Part shown: in pieces, positions 62,045-64,000 of the stretch
Layout of the letters: the number at the start of each line of letters is the position of its first letter
Position numbering within the stretch: position 1 is the stretch's first letter
DNA from: Eutreptiella sp. 'Long Island Sound 2002'
Lineage: Eukaryota > Protista > Euglenida
Direction of reading: 5' to 3'
Length of the DNA: 64,000 nucleotides
NCBI GenBank assembly: GCA_964036045.1
Contig: OZ038378.1
Coordinates: 41,168,001-41,232,000, forward strand
The notes under the pieces: model-generated
What the model was told of the DNA's origin: nothing
Databases searched by the model: none
What the model saw: the letters and a program-made list of their open reading frames with translations, nothing else
Made by a program: the position numbers and the translations under genes

Positions 62045-62195
62045 CCCAGTTGACTGAGCGCCCGACCGAGCCGTCAATTAGCCGTAAGTGTGCCAGCCCA
62101 CCTGCCTCTCACTTAGCTCTCACCTGCTCTCACTGAGCGCGCGAAACGGCTCACTAAGCGCTCATTGACAGCTAATTAGGGGCTCACTTAGGGCC
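62045..62195. repeat. Array of GCTCA-N-T(G/A)AGC palindromic motifs; inverted partner at 63948-64000
   Basis: The reverse complement of 63948-64000 (GCTCACTGAGCGCTCACTAAGAGCTAATTAGGGGCTTACTCAGGGC) aligns with 62125-62190, with indels. Confidence 0.8.
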
Positions 62196-63479
62196 CCCTT
62201 TTAGCCCGCCCCCCCCCCCCTTACGGCTCTCCCCCCCGTCCGCCCACCCACCCATTCCCCCTGGGTCCCATAGGTCCATCTTCTCTTGCCACATCATGTC
62301 CAGCATCATCATAGGCCTAGAGCCCACAGCTTCAAAGGCTCTCTCGTCTTTTCCTAGTTGCCCCCGGGTACGTACCGTATTCACGGAGCTAGCGTACCCC
62401 GGGGTGCCTTCGCAAGACCTTGAGCCAGCACCTCTCCGCCCCTTCCCCAGAGGAGGTTCTCATCAAGATGTTTGACCCTTTTGGGAAAGAGTTGGATGTC
62501 CCGTGGCAACAAAATATTGCGATTGGTGCATCCAACAAATCGTGTCGTTCGGTTCTGCTTTCCTGTGGACGGTGTGCCGGATTTGTGTCAGCTACACCGA
62601 TGATCGGGGGCCATCAAGTGGGGGTGAACGCCATGGATGCATGTGTGTAGTGAGTGATGGGAGGCATTTGCTGCCACGTCCCATGTGACGTGGAAGGATG
62701 ATTTCAAACTTCAATTTGTAAGTATACAAACTTTAGTTTGGCTCCATTGCCATTATCACCTACGGGGCGTGTCGGCATACTTCGTTCATAAAGCACACAT
62801 GACAAGGAGAAATTGGGTAATTGGAATATTCTTTCCTATATAGAGCATACTACACACCCACAATGGTAGAATGCCGCATAACGCAATCTAGATTCTTTTG
62901 GTCCTAGCAGCTCCAAAGGTACATAGAACTGGCCATCGCCGAAATCACCATGCATGACAAAGGGATCAGTCCATATCCCCAATTCGAAAGCTGCCAATAC
63001 AAATCCAAACTCTTGATACATACCACGAACTTGTAGGCAAGGATGCAAAACAACACAAACCGGTGCACTAGAAATGAGGACAAAGCATGCATGGATGCAT
63101 ACCAAGGCTCATTGTTACTCGCACTACTATGCCGCTTTGGTACAGTCCAAATTTTCGCGCAACGCGCACACTGCACACAGTACACCCCCCCCCCCCCCCC
63201 GGCGCACAGCCAGCAACCACCTGGTGTGGTACAGAACTGGTCTACGCTGCAGTGCAACAAGCAAAACACTGAACAATGTGGTTATGACCATGCGCCTGTG
63301 ACACGGGGGCGTATGCGAGCCCAGTTTCCGTTGCCTCATGGCCCCCCGGCGCACAGTACACCCCTCTAGCAACCAATTGGGTTGGAATCTCTCCAACACG
63401 CCTTCCACACGAGTGATGGACAAAGGGTGAAAAAGTGCCCCACCATTATCAAGAAGATTGCAGCAACCATCTTGAGCGG

Positions 63480-63897
63480 CTCGGGGCAACGGGCCCGGTT
63501 GCAAAAGCATTTGACCATGGCGGCAAGGCACCTTGACTAGGGTTGGGGGAAGACCTTGTGGACACACATGTTGATTGGCCACATGTATGCATATGGTGCA
63601 CAATGGAGGACCATTGCAAGGTTTAGTTGTGCATTGGAGGGCACGCATGTGCGACTGAAGCGGCTGCTTAGTAATAGTGGGGGGATAAGCTTGTTGAATG
63701 ACAAATCGGGGTTGCAGTGTGGCATGGACAACCGCACATTGGATGATAACCTCCATAAGGAGGGTCGGGAGGTTGGAAGTAGGGCGGTGACCAAGCAAAG
63801 GGGGTTCCAACGGCAGTGCATGACTTGGTCACGTGCCCAGCGGGTGAGCAAAGTGGGGCACAACATGGTGAAGAGGATTGTGGAACGTGCATTGTGA
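63480..63897 (+). pseudogene. RAG1/Transib/Chapaev-like transposase C-terminal fragment
   Basis: KTLWTHMLIGHMYAYGAQWRTIARFSCALEGTHVRLKR has H-x4-H-x18-E (63565, 63580, 63637), matching the RAG1 HKTLAH...GSIGAWASEGNE zinc/catalytic segment (H-x4-H-x19-E). Confidence 0.55.
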
Positions 63898-64000
63898 CAA
63901 AGAAGTTGTTGGGAATGTGAAAGTAGGATTTTTATGCCCGTGCACATTCAGTGAGCCCTGAGTAAGCCCCTAATTAGCTCTTAGTGAGCGCTCAGTGAGC

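Noticed and set aside
1-64000. rRNA, spliced-leader RNA, LTR pairs, prokaryotic or viral operon
   Set aside because: None seen by eye: no rRNA or SL signature, no long direct repeats with TG...CA/PBS, and no dense co-oriented intact ORFs.

Overview
Repeat-saturated eukaryotic DNA with no intact host gene that I can support. Most ORFs in the supplied track are spurious or fragments of decayed mobile elements. The organism cannot be determined; degenerate TTAGGG-like tracts and a 2A-bearing ORF remnant would fit a protist such as a euglenozoan, but that is weak inference. The window is a nested mosaic of five kinds of material. (i) Three related families (A, B, C) of short GGG-ended TIR elements with 3-bp TSDs. 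A and C carry the C-terminus of a PIF/Harbinger-ISL2EU-type (DDE_Tnp_4-like) transposase ending in a B-box-like Cys/His finger. (ii) At least four APE-type LINE remnants. One has a clean 1.2-kb internal inversion and an RVT_3-like RNase H, one has a Tudor-like domain upstream of the APE, and one is a young 5'-truncated copy with poly(A) and a 19-20-bp TSD. (iii) A cellular-type RNase H1 remnant, a Penelope-like RT remnant, a DIRS-type adenine-methylase fragment and a 2A/StopGo-like peptide. (iv) A SWIM / Ulp1-like / PHD-like transposon-type ORF block and a RAG1/Transib-like transposase C-terminus between palindromic inverted arrays. (v) A hAT MITE, satellite-like long repeats, tRNA-like units and microsatellites. 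All domain calls are by-eye motif recognition, with no database searches.
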